Origin: Escherichia coli
GTDB lineage: Bacteria; Pseudomonadota; Gammaproteobacteria; Enterobacterales; Enterobacteriaceae
DNA: 51,502 nucleotides
Assembly: GCF_003334255.1 (NCBI RefSeq)
Contig: NZ_QOWU01000037.1
Strand: one strand, 5' to 3'
The notes under the pieces are model-generated. The model was given only the letters and a program-made list of their open reading frames with translations, did not search any database and was not told the origin of the DNA. Both the position numbers and the translations under genes were made by a program. Positions 1 through 8,837 of this stretch are shown in pieces (position 1 is the stretch's first letter; each line of letters starts with the position of its first letter).

Positions 1-208
1 ACGCGAGGCATCGTCTTAACGAGGCACCGAGGCGTCGCATTCTTCAGATGGTTCAACCCTTAAGTTAGCGCTTATGGGGATTTGCCCCCCCGGTAGAGTT
101 GCCCCTACTCCGGTTTTCGAGACCGGTCCAATCATCAAACGAAACATAAAATTAATTCACATTATGAGGAAAAGTATCTTTTTTGTACTTGTAAATTCAA
201 AGGCTTAG

Positions 209-1078
<870 letters not shown>

Positions 1079-1097
1079 GTCTTTAAGTGATAAGCAT

Positions 1098-1136
1098 AAA
1101 CCGCAGCACGATCTTGCATACGACGTGCTACGGTTT
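1098..1136. terminator. Imperfect 13-bp hairpin between the convergent GIY-YIG and invertase genes (candidate shared terminator)
   Basis: aaaccgcagcacg (1098-1110) pairs with cgtgctacggttt (1124-1136) with one mismatch and a 13-nt loop. The flanks are only weakly T-rich. Confidence 0.35.
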
Positions 1137-1690
1137 CATTTATCTCCGACCGGAAACTTCTTATACAGTGTCGATATACCAACATCATAGATGATCGCCA
1201 CCTTCTGGCGAGGAACGCCTGATGCAATTAATCGCCCGGCCTGCGCCCATTGTTCTGGTGTAAGTTTGGGACGACGTCCACCAATTCGTCCCTGTGCGCG
1301 AGCAGCCTCCAGTCCAGCTTTTGTTCGTTCAACAATCAGTTCTCGTTCCATTTCAGCCAGGGCCCCCATCACATGAAAGAAAAAACGCCCCATCGGTGTG
1401 CTGGTATCAATAGCATCCGTCAGGCTGCGAAAATTAACGCCACGTTCGCGCAACTCCTCAACCAGAATGACCAGATGCCGCATACTACGCCCCAGCCGCT
1501 CCAGCTTCCAGACAACCAGAGTGTCACCTGCCGATAATGTCCTGAGCAGTTTTTTCAGTCCCGGCCTTTCGGACTTTGTACCGCTTATCTTGTCTTCAAA
1601 AATCAGCTCGCATCCTGCACAGTTCAGCGCATTACGTTGTAGATCTGTGTTCTGGTCATTTGTTGACACACGTACATAGCCAATAAGCAT
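1136..1690 (-). CDS. Serine DNA invertase, Pin/Gin/Cin/Hin (Din) family
   Basis: 184 aa starting MLIGYVRVSTNDQNTDLQRNAL..., with the catalytic Ser in the YVRVST motif and a C-terminal HTH (GISTLYKKF). An AGGGAG Shine-Dalgarno lies 8 nt upstream of the ATG at 1690. It sits next to tail-fibre cassettes as in e14, Mu and P1. Confidence 0.92.
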   Translation of the reverse strand: MLIGYVRVSTNDQNTDLQRNALNCAGCELIFEDKISGTKSERPGLKKLLRTLSAGDTLVVWKLERLGRSMRHLVILVEELRERGVNFRSLTDAIDTSTPMGRFFFHVMGALAEMERELIVERTKAGLEAARAQGRIGGRRPKLTPEQWAQAGRLIASGVPRQKVAIIYDVGISTLYKKFPVGDK

Positions 1691-1744
1691 GGTAGATCTC
1701 CCTGACAAAAGCAGGAATGATGCCATTTGCTTGTTATTTCTGCA

Positions 1745-1770
1745 TTTTCATAAACGTTGGTTTGGGAGAA
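1745..1770. promoter_or_regulatory. Invertase crossover site, invertase-proximal (hix/gix/pix-like)
   Basis: ttttcataaacgttggtttgggagaa. Its reverse complement, ttctcccaaaccaacgtttatgaaaa, matches the site at 3462-3487 and carries the AAACCNNGGTTT core typical of Din-family sites. Confidence 0.75.
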
Positions 1771-2130
1771 GCGGCAAGACGAAATGTGGGAACAGGGGAA
1801 AATCAGATACCGGACATGGCTTCATTTAGTGGGGTGAGGGATTATTACGGAAAACAACTTTTGCCAGGAGGGTTGATACTTCAGTGGCTGACGATTCCAT
1901 CAAGTGCAGCAGCCAACGCTGTAACACTGAATAATGGTAATTATCAGCTGTCAGGCTATAAATGGCCCCAGTCATTTGGTGTCCTGTTTGCTGTGTTTGC
2001 TACAAAAGTTTCTGGCTCGACTAACGAAGCATATGCAATCTCAGTTAATCGTCACTCTACCGATGTAATTGTCACCTGGAATGCCCGTAAGGCTGATGAT
2101 GTCCACATTTTAGGAATTGGGAAATTATGA
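1771..2130 (+). CDS. Alternative tail-fibre C-terminal cassette, silent in this orientation
   Basis: The reading frame is open from the crossover site, with the same LGLGEA codons at its 5' end. It has no start or promoter of its own and is followed by a coupled Tfa gene (ATGA overlap at 2127). Confidence 0.6.
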   Translation, partial: AARRNVGTGENQIPDMASFSGVRDYYGKQLLPGGLILQWLTIPSSAAANAVTLNNGNYQLSGYKWPQSFGVLFAVFATKVSGSTNEAYAISVNRHSTDVIVTWNARKADDVHILGIGKL

Positions 2131-2546
2131 AAATGAAATGGTCACCATCTGTTCAGGGATTTTTCTCTGAAAATAACAGCGATATTCCCGATGATGCTTT
2201 CGATATTGAAGATGCTCTTTATTATGAACTTATGAATGGTCAGAGTACGGGGAAAATTATTATCAATAACCCGGATAACTACCCTGTACTTACTGAATAT
2301 CCAGCGAAGACACAGGAACAGGAAATAGCTGAAGCGGAGGGAATGAAAAGTATACTTATTGAACAGGCCAACGAATACATGAACAGTAAGCAATGGCCTG
2401 GTAAAGCCGCTATTGGTCGTCTGAAAGGTGAGGAACTGGCGCAATATAATTTGTGGCTGGATTACCTGGACGCACTGGAACTGGTCGATACTTCCGGTGC
2501 GCCAGATATTGAATGGCCTACGCCTCCGGCAGTTCAGGCCAGATGA
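2127..2546 (+). CDS. Tail fibre assembly protein (Tfa/U-like), partner of the silent cassette
   Basis: 139 aa. The C-terminal part, [47 protein letters not shown], is typical of the Tfa family. Confidence 0.8.
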   Translation: MKMKWSPSVQGFFSENNSDIPDDAFDIEDALYYELMNGQSTGKIIINNPDNYPVLTEYPAKTQEQEIAEAEGMKSILIEQANEYMNSKQWPGKAAIGRLKGEELAQYNLWLDYLDALELVDTSGAPDIEWPTPPAVQAR

Positions 2547-2781
2547 CGTCCGGCGCGGTGCTGGTATCTGATTCCATCACCGCGTCGATATTACCAACAT
2601 CATATTCAGTCATTTCCGGTTCCGGTGGTGCTATAAACTCTCCGTCAGAATAGAACCAACCGACGCCTGCATCTATATGATCAATATTTATAATTTCGCA
2701 GTTAGAGAATAAATCACCCTCTCCATCCCAGATAATAATATTTTTCACCACGCCATGTTCAATCAGAGCAAAATTACTCAT
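2518..2781 (-). CDS. Short tail-fibre chaperone-like protein, partner of the expressed fibre tip
   Basis: 87 aa. It is translationally coupled to the fibre gene (start codon overlaps the fibre stop at 2781) and has a Tfa-like C-terminal motif, [13 protein letters not shown]. Confidence 0.55.
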   Translation of the reverse strand: MSNFALIEHGVVKNIIIWDGEGDLFSNCEIINIDHIDAGVGWFYSDGEFIAPPEPEMTEYDVGNIDAVMESDTSTAPDVIWPELPEA

Positions 2782-3764
2782 CAGGCATACTCCTCAACAA
2801 TAACTATTCCCGGGGCACCGTCACCTCCCGATTGAGCCTCACTTCCGGCAGGTGCGCAGGCTCCGCCTCCGCCAGCACCAAAGCCCTCAGCTTTACCACC
2901 ACCACGTCCGCTGAATGATGAAGAACTTGCACCACCTATACCGCCTGAACCTAGTGGTGTATCCCCCCCGGTACCACCTGCAACAGCTTTAACAGAGATA
3001 ACCATTGCTCCTGGTGTTTTTGCACTACAGCGAAATGCTCTTAGTACAGTACCGGACGATGTCGGACTGGCACCCCATGAAATACCCTGAATATATGATG
3101 TGTTTGCAGATGCTCCCCCCGCGCCACCGCCTGTACCACCCGGTGCAGTTATCAGGGAACCGAAATAAGTTGTGCCACCTTCACTACCTGAATTTCTTCC
3201 GGCTCCCCCCCCTTTACCTGCAGCACCGATAATAACGTTGACTTCGAAATCATTATCAACCTCGAAAAATGCTTCAATAAATGCACCGCTCAATCCAGCT
3301 CCGGCTGTTGCCTGCTGATTTTCTGTTGTTTCAGGAACCCCACCGCCGCCGCCACCGCCACCAGAGGCAATGACCCTTATCTTTTTTGTCCCTGGTGTTG
3401 GGATATATTTTCCAGAGCTTTTAAAAATATTCGTGTTTAACAAACGACCAGAGAATCTGGCTTCTCCCAAACCAAGGTTTTCGAGAGCCGTTTGCACAGT
3501 GCCATCCGATTTGATATCGCCAAACGGATTCTTGCGGCTTAACAGCAGCGCACGAAGTGCGGTAAGCATCTGGTCATGCCGCCCTTTCTCCAGGCTGGCA
3601 CCGGAGGCCTCCACCACGCTACAAAGTTCTTCCTGCAACATGTCAAAGTAGTCATCATCCAGATCGGTGGCAGGTGTGCCGGTCTGGGGGTTACCACGGG
3701 TAAAACCGTTCTTACCCGCGCCGAACTTATCCTTCTGCGCGGTTTTCGTGTCTATACGATGCAT
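2781..3764 (-). CDS. Tail fibre protein: conserved N-terminal constant part plus glycine-rich variable C-terminus
   Basis: The N-terminus [48 protein letters not shown] is typical of a prophage fibre N-domain. The C-terminal roughly 195 aa are dominated by Gly runs. Confidence 0.8.
   Translation of the reverse strand: MHRIDTKTAQKDKFGAGKNGFTRGNPQTGTPATDLDDDYFDMLQEELCSVVEASGASLEKGRHDQMLTALRALLLSRKNPFGDIKSDGTVQTALENLGLGEARFSGRLLNTNIFKSSGKYIPTPGTKKIRVIASGGGGGGGGVPETTENQQATAGAGLSGAFIEAFFEVDNDFEVNVIIGAAGKGGGAGRNSGSEGGTTYFGSLITAPGGTGGGAGGASANTSYIQGISWGASPTSSGTVLRAFRCSAKTPGAMVISVKAVAGGTGGDTPLGSGGIGGASSSSFSGRGGGKAEGFGAGGGGACAPAGSEAQSGGDGAPGIVIVEEYA
3462..3487. promoter_or_regulatory. Invertase crossover site inside the tail-fibre gene (hix/gix/pix-like)
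   Basis: ttctcccaaaccaaggttttcgagag. Two imperfectly symmetric 12-bp half-sites flank a central AA. It is inverted relative to 1745-1770 and encodes ..ENLGLGEA.. of the fibre. Confidence 0.75.
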
Positions 3765-3767
3765 GGA

Positions 3768-4352
3768 TTACTCCGGATATTTAAAAATTACGTAGGTATG
3801 CGAAGGGCAGAGTTTGTTAAGCACGCACTCGACAACGGTGTCGCCCCAGATACGCAGTGCGGAATCACAGGGATCGCCACATGTCATCCAGGTGGTGTTG
3901 GTGGCGGCTGGCATGTTGACCTGCCAGTAATACCGCCATTCCGGCGCATTCACTGCGTCAGTACAGGCCGATGAGCAGGTGAACGTGCTTTTATCGTATC
4001 GCGTGATAGTGGCGTCTGGTCTGCCCAGGGCAGCAAGCTGTGCAAGGTAAAAATCCTCATTGATGCCGCCCGCCAGATTAACCTTCGCATCCAGCCGTTG
4101 CTGACGCTGGCGAAGGGTCTGTGTCCCTGCGGGAATACATTCATCCGGCAGACCGCACAGACGCTCCCAGCGGTTTATCAGTTCAGTGGTGGTGCGCGGA
4201 TCCAGCTCCCGCATCAGGGCATCCGCACGCTGATGAACGCGGGTTAATGAAGGTGCCGCACCGGCAATCGCCGGATCGCTGGCTGACCATGCAGGACCGG
4301 GCGGCAACAGTGCCGATAACAGGCGGATGTAATCATCGTTTGTCACGTCCAT
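3768..4352 (-). CDS. Baseplate/tail protein, Mu gp48-like (DUF2313-type)
   Basis: 194 aa. It sits between the baseplate J-like gene and the fibre gene, and its start overlaps the upstream gene. Confidence 0.65.
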   Translation of the reverse strand: MDVTNDDYIRLLSALLPPGPAWSASDPAIAGAAPSLTRVHQRADALMRELDPRTTTELINRWERLCGLPDECIPAGTQTLRQRQQRLDAKVNLAGGINEDFYLAQLAALGRPDATITRYDKSTFTCSSACTDAVNAPEWRYYWQVNMPAATNTTWMTCGDPCDSALRIWGDTVVECVLNKLCPSHTYVIFKYPE

Positions 4353-5401
4353 GAAATCGTCCCCAGAACCGCCAGTTCATTTTTTGCAATGGAGATATTG
4401 TCCGCCGGGGCAAGCAACTGATGGCTGTATTCCCCGTTCGCACCGGAAATCGCCTCACTGATACGCGATACCTTCAGTTCTCCCTGAGGATAACCATCAC
4501 GCAGCAGGAACGAACGCAACTCTGCGGTGATGGCAGCCCGTATTTCCGGTGTGTCCGGCGTCACGCGGATATGAAAATCCACTTTATGCGCCACCGGCCT
4601 GAATACATACAAATCAGAGCCTGCCACCGGGGCCAGTGGCTCAATGTGTTGTCTTGCCGCCGTTTCCGTTGATTCTTCCGGAATGGGATTAATCAGGTCA
4701 CTGCTGGCAATCATCACACCGACAGTTCCCGTTCCCATCCAGTGACGGTATGTCCATGCGCGGGTAATGCCGGGCACTTCTTTAGCCCAGACGACATAGT
4801 CCACGTCAGCCCCGCCCTGCGGCGTCCAGTAATACCGCTCAATGATGCGGGCGCGCCACGTTTCCAGATCTTCAGTATCAAATCCGCCTGTCAGGGTGTC
4901 AGCCACACCGGAAGACGGCAGACCATTCACCGGCGTGACCAGGATTAATGACGTACCGTCGTCAGCGTTACCGACCGCGCCTGAACTTGAGCAGGCGATC
5001 GGCACGCGCAGGACACCACCGGAGCTGGTTGCATCGGCAGTTGCCGTGTACTGAACCAGGTCATCGCGCTGAATAACACTCCCGGCGGTCACCTTCAGGC
5101 CATCGCTGACACCTTCCCAGCGCATATACCCGCTGGCAGCCGTGGCCCCCTTGCGCGGACACCGTTTCATCGCAGCATGTCGCGCCAGCCAGGACTCATC
5201 GCACAGGTCAGGCAGCATGTTCATTGCCAGATAATCGATGTAACCGTAAACCGTATGCAGCGCCGCCGCATACACCTTTGCCCGCACGTCTTCATCCATG
5301 CGCCGGAGCGTGTCGCTGACGTCCAGCCTGGCGAATAAATCGTTACGGAGCATACTGATATTTTCTGCCAGCGTCGGGCGCTGAAATTCACTGTCCGCCA
5401 T
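4343..5401 (-). CDS. Baseplate J-like protein (Mu gp47-like)
   Basis: 352 aa. Size and position are consistent with the Mu-type baseplate block. Confidence 0.75.
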   Translation of the reverse strand: MADSEFQRPTLAENISMLRNDLFARLDVSDTLRRMDEDVRAKVYAAALHTVYGYIDYLAMNMLPDLCDESWLARHAAMKRCPRKGATAASGYMRWEGVSDGLKVTAGSVIQRDDLVQYTATADATSSGGVLRVPIACSSSGAVGNADDGTSLILVTPVNGLPSSGVADTLTGGFDTEDLETWRARIIERYYWTPQGGADVDYVVWAKEVPGITRAWTYRHWMGTGTVGVMIASSDLINPIPEESTETAARQHIEPLAPVAGSDLYVFRPVAHKVDFHIRVTPDTPEIRAAITAELRSFLLRDGYPQGELKVSRISEAISGANGEYSHQLLAPADNISIAKNELAVLGTISWT

Positions 5402-5816
5402 GCGTTATCGCACTCCACAGATCATCAAAAGAAATCATTACCGGTCCGTCACGACGCCAGAGAGTGATACTGTTACCCAGTTCATTAATCCCGGTGCGGC
5501 GGATATCCAGATCAATACGGGACACCACGCCATCATCAATCATCCATTGCAGGCATTCGCGGATATACCCCCTTACCGTCTGCACCAGCTGATTGGTCAG
5601 TTTGCTGCGCTGAAGCAGCCACAGTCGGGAGCCGTAACGGTCATTCTGTACCGCAGGCCAGGTATCCCCCCACCATCCCATCGGGACGTCGGCGTTGTCA
5701 TCAGGCTCCGCCCGCCGCCAGGTAAACAGGGAAATCACCACGGAGCGGGTCAGCGGATCCAGCGGTGCGCTGGCGCAGGTGCGTTTACCGTTCACCGTCA
5801 GCCACAGTTCCATCAT
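5388..5816 (-). CDS. Baseplate protein, Mu gp46-like
   Basis: 142 aa. Its position is syntenic with Mu gp46, and its ends overlap the neighbouring genes, consistent with translational coupling. Confidence 0.65.
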   Translation of the reverse strand: MMELWLTVNGKRTCASAPLDPLTRSVVISLFTWRRAEPDDNADVPMGWWGDTWPAVQNDRYGSRLWLLQRSKLTNQLVQTVRGYIRECLQWMIDDGVVSRIDLDIRRTGINELGNSITLWRRDGPVMISFDDLWSAITHGGQ

Positions 5817-6361
5817 GCCTCCATCGCTTTATCCGGTTTGTCGGTGTTACTGCCCTGACCGTTCTCTCTGTGACGATGCCCGTTATAGGCAAGCCGCATC
5901 GCTGACATGGTGGTGCCGCCGGAGTCGCACAGGTCTTTCACCTGTCCGGTCACTTCCAGGTCCATTTCAAAACGTGCTTCAGGTGCATTGCGAAACGTGA
6001 TCGTTTTACCTGCACCGTCCACCACGATCCCCTCCCGGGTCAGCGTCACGGACTGCCCCTGATCGTCATAGACAGCCACCTCGCCCGTCTGCAGCCCTTT
6101 CAGGCGGTAGCGACGGTCCGACACCGTAACAACCACCGCATGAGAACGGTCGCCATCCGGAAACAACACAACCGCTTCCGCACCGCTGTTTGCCCTTGCG
6201 GTAAAACCGTAGGGTTCAAGATGTTCAACCCCGGCTTTGGGTTCACCGGCAATCAGGGACACATCCACGGTCTGACATTTCGTGGCGGCACTGATGCTTT
6301 TCACCACGGCCCGCCCAATCAGGCCGAGGAGTTGTCGCTGCATGGCTTCAATCGTCCTCAT
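5813..6361 (-). CDS. Baseplate assembly protein V / spike (Mu gp45-like)
   Basis: 182 aa. Position is syntenic with Mu gp45, and the composition is consistent with an OB-fold spike protein. Confidence 0.7.
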   Translation of the reverse strand: MRTIEAMQRQLLGLIGRAVVKSISAATKCQTVDVSLIAGEPKAGVEHLEPYGFTARANSGAEAVVLFPDGDRSHAVVVTVSDRRYRLKGLQTGEVAVYDDQGQSVTLTREGIVVDGAGKTITFRNAPEARFEMDLEVTGQVKDLCDSGGTTMSAMRLAYNGHRHRENGQGSNTDKPDKAMEA

Positions 6362-7440
6362 CAGAACGGGTCCTCCTGTACTCTGGCTTTTTTCTTTTTC
6401 CGCGCGCCGGGGGCTTCGGGTTCAGGCAGATAAGCATCAGGCGGGCCGACACGGATTTCCGTCAGGGTGCCGTTCTGGTCCTGAGTAAACGTGACTTCCG
6501 AAACAAGCAGTTCGGTATTGTCGAAACCACAGACCGGATCAAAGACAATCACCCGCTGGTTGGGCTGCCACAGCGTACCGTTACCCTGTCGCCAGCCCTG
6601 CACCACATAGGTGGTTTCATCCGTCCGCGCCGCCCGTTGTCGGGCTTCAAAGTCCGCACGGGCAATACAACCTGCCCCCGTAGCCTGCCCTGTCTGCCTG
6701 ATATACATCGGACGGTAACGGGCAATAAATGCGTCCTCTGTGCGGGCCCGCAGCGCGGTGGTGGTGGCCTCACCGAAATCATCGTCGTTCCCGGCACGCT
6801 GCCCCGCCACCTGGTAAACAGAAAATCGCTCCCGGATACTCTTCTCCGTATCGCAGGAAAGGATGTTTTCCCCGAGTACCAGCGCGGTATGTGCCCGCGT
6901 TGAGCCAATACCGCCAATCACCAGCCTGCCGTGCGGGTCGTCGTAAGCCAGTGCCTGCTGCTGACCGAGTATTTTGTTGATTACCTCAATCACCGTTTCA
7001 CCGTGATCAGGCTGAACATCAGGAATAACACCCGACGGCGCACCGCTGTTCACCACCTCAATGCCGAAAGGCGCAGCAAGCGCCTGCGCAATCTGCACCA
7101 GCGAGCGTCCGTTAAACTGTGTCGGTTCGGCTGCACAGTCAATCAGGTCAGCCGTCAGACTACGTCCGGCAATACCGGTGCTGACCGAACGGGCATCGTA
7201 ACGAACGGGAGTCGCCTCCACCCAGCCGGTGATCACCAGCTCATCACCAATCAGCACTTCCACTTTTGAACCGTTTCTAATGCGCGGCTGAAGCGTGGTG
7301 ATACCCTCATCTCCCGGCCACTGGCGAGTGATCTCCACACTGAAATCCCGCGCCAGCCGTTCAATACCGGCACCGATGCGCACCGATGTCCAGCCATTCC
7401 ACTCCCGGCCATTTACCCGTAGCGTGACATTGTCGTTCAT
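6361..7440 (-). CDS. Baseplate hub / late-control-D-like tail protein (Mu gpP/gp44-like)
   Basis: 359 aa beginning MNDNVTLRVNGREWNGWTSVRI. It follows the DNA-circulation gene as in Mu. Confidence 0.75.
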   Translation of the reverse strand: MNDNVTLRVNGREWNGWTSVRIGAGIERLARDFSVEITRQWPGDEGITTLQPRIRNGSKVEVLIGDELVITGWVEATPVRYDARSVSTGIAGRSLTADLIDCAAEPTQFNGRSLVQIAQALAAPFGIEVVNSGAPSGVIPDVQPDHGETVIEVINKILGQQQALAYDDPHGRLVIGGIGSTRAHTALVLGENILSCDTEKSIRERFSVYQVAGQRAGNDDDFGEATTTALRARTEDAFIARYRPMYIRQTGQATGAGCIARADFEARQRAARTDETTYVVQGWRQGNGTLWQPNQRVIVFDPVCGFDNTELLVSEVTFTQDQNGTLTEIRVGPPDAYLPEPEAPGARKKKKARVQEDPF

Positions 7441-8813
7441 TGCACTGGCACCTTCAGAGGGATCACCGGCACAAAGCCGGGATGCGTAATGGCATTACGC
7501 CGGATAATGTCCGCGTCACGCGCCGCGTTATCAAACCAGGTCGCCGCCAGCACCAGCGCGGGTAAAACCTCATCCGGTGTGCGCTGAATGATCCGTGCAG
7601 ACTGTTCAAGGCGCGTGTTGATATCCGCATTCAGATCTGCTTTCACCCGGCGCAGCGCCAGAAACAGCGCATCACTGGTTGTACGGGACAACTCCTTATC
7701 AATTGCCGTATTCAGTGTGTCGCGAATGTCAGTCAGTTCTTCCCACGTCGGCAGGTCAACCGTGTTTTTCACCGCCGGTGCATTGTTCAGTGCCGGATGC
7801 GTGACGGAAGGCCAGCCAGTGCTCTGCGCAGGTGTTGTTGCCTGCCCCACTGCGGAATTCTGCATCACCGCGGAAGTTGTTGGCGCAGGCAATCGGGTGA
7901 CGGCATACGCCGCTTCACTGATTGCGGTCGTACGAAGGGTGCTGGCAACCACATTACGCTGCTGCGTAGCCGTGGCGGTGGTTTTACTGTCCGTTTTCCA
8001 GACGCCGCGCGGTTGCAGATCGCTGCCGAGGCTGACACCGGAAAGCGTTTTGATCATGGTGACCAGGTCGCTGGCGTTACCATAAAGGCGTTTCCCGGTA
8101 CGCCACATTTTCTGCACCTGCTCAACGAGATTTTTGCCTGACGATGGTGGCGGCAGAAGTACCGAGATATCCCCCTGCAACAGCCTGGCAGCATCCGATA
8201 CGGCAGAATCCACCACTTTCATCGCATCAGAAACATACCCAAGCATTGTGCTGACATTACCAACGACGTCGTTCTGCACGAAATCCGCCACGCCATCGAT
8301 ACTGAAACCTCTGAAGCTGTCACTGATGCAGTCATCCAGTGCAGAACAGGATGACATCAGCGTCTGCGCCGTCGCCGCACCTGAAGTGGGGTAAGAGAGT
8401 TCTCCCGCTTCGACAAACTTCAGGTCAAAGCGGACAATACGCCCTTCACTCTTCGATGTGCTGACCCGAACTTCTCCGTCAACACAGACTTTCAGCTCAC
8501 CGTATGTCGGATGGACAAGCGTGCCGGGACCGGGTTTATTCAGCGCGTCAATCAGGCGATCGCGCTGGTCAAAGCAGTCATCTCCCACCACATAAGCCGT
8601 GATGGACGGGCGAAAAGTGATTTTCCCCAGGTCTTCGGTATAGGGTTTGTCGCGGTTCGGGTATTCATGTGTTTCCACACGGCGACCGGTTCCCGCACTT
8701 TCTTCTTCAACCTTAAACGGCACGCCGCGAAATGACGCGTCCTGAAGTCTGTCACGCCAGCCTGAAGACGACGAAAGTAATGAAGGTCGGGTGGGAAATG
8801 AGGATAAATCCAT
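7437..8813 (-). CDS. DNA circulation protein (Mu gpN/gp43-like)
   Basis: 458 aa. The N-terminal ASFRGVPFKVEEESAGTGRRVETHEYPNRDKPYTEDLGK is characteristic of the DNA-circulation N-domain. Confidence 0.75.
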   Translation of the reverse strand: MDLSSFPTRPSLLSSSSGWRDRLQDASFRGVPFKVEEESAGTGRRVETHEYPNRDKPYTEDLGKITFRPSITAYVVGDDCFDQRDRLIDALNKPGPGTLVHPTYGELKVCVDGEVRVSTSKSEGRIVRFDLKFVEAGELSYPTSGAATAQTLMSSCSALDDCISDSFRGFSIDGVADFVQNDVVGNVSTMLGYVSDAMKVVDSAVSDAARLLQGDISVLLPPPSSGKNLVEQVQKMWRTGKRLYGNASDLVTMIKTLSGVSLGSDLQPRGVWKTDSKTTATATQQRNVVASTLRTTAISEAAYAVTRLPAPTTSAVMQNSAVGQATTPAQSTGWPSVTHPALNNAPAVKNTVDLPTWEELTDIRDTLNTAIDKELSRTTSDALFLALRRVKADLNADINTRLEQSARIIQRTPDEVLPALVLAATWFDNAARDADIIRRNAITHPGFVPVIPLKVPVQ

Positions 8814-8837
8814 AGACTGACCTCAAAAAGGACTGCG

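Larger units (their letters stand above)
1745..3487. other. About 1.74-kb invertible segment carrying two alternative fibre C-termini and their chaperones
   Basis: The segment is bounded by the two inverted crossover sites. It contains convergent cassette pairs on opposite strands. Confidence 0.7.

Noticed and set aside
112-125. Possible third invertase crossover site: ggttttcgaga is identical to the right half-site of the 3462-3487 site.
   Set aside because: Only one half-site matches. The opposite half (gcccctactcc) is poor, and the central dinucleotide would be CC rather than the AA shared by the two good sites, so recombination with them is unlikely. The match is more simply part of the perfect hairpin ccggt-tttcgag-accgg.
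15-135. 39-aa minus-strand ORF (MIGPVSKTGVGATLPGGQIPISANLRVEPSEECDASVPR) in the GC-rich leader.
   Set aside because: There is no Shine-Dalgarno. The composition is driven by the GC-rich hairpins, and nothing supports translation.
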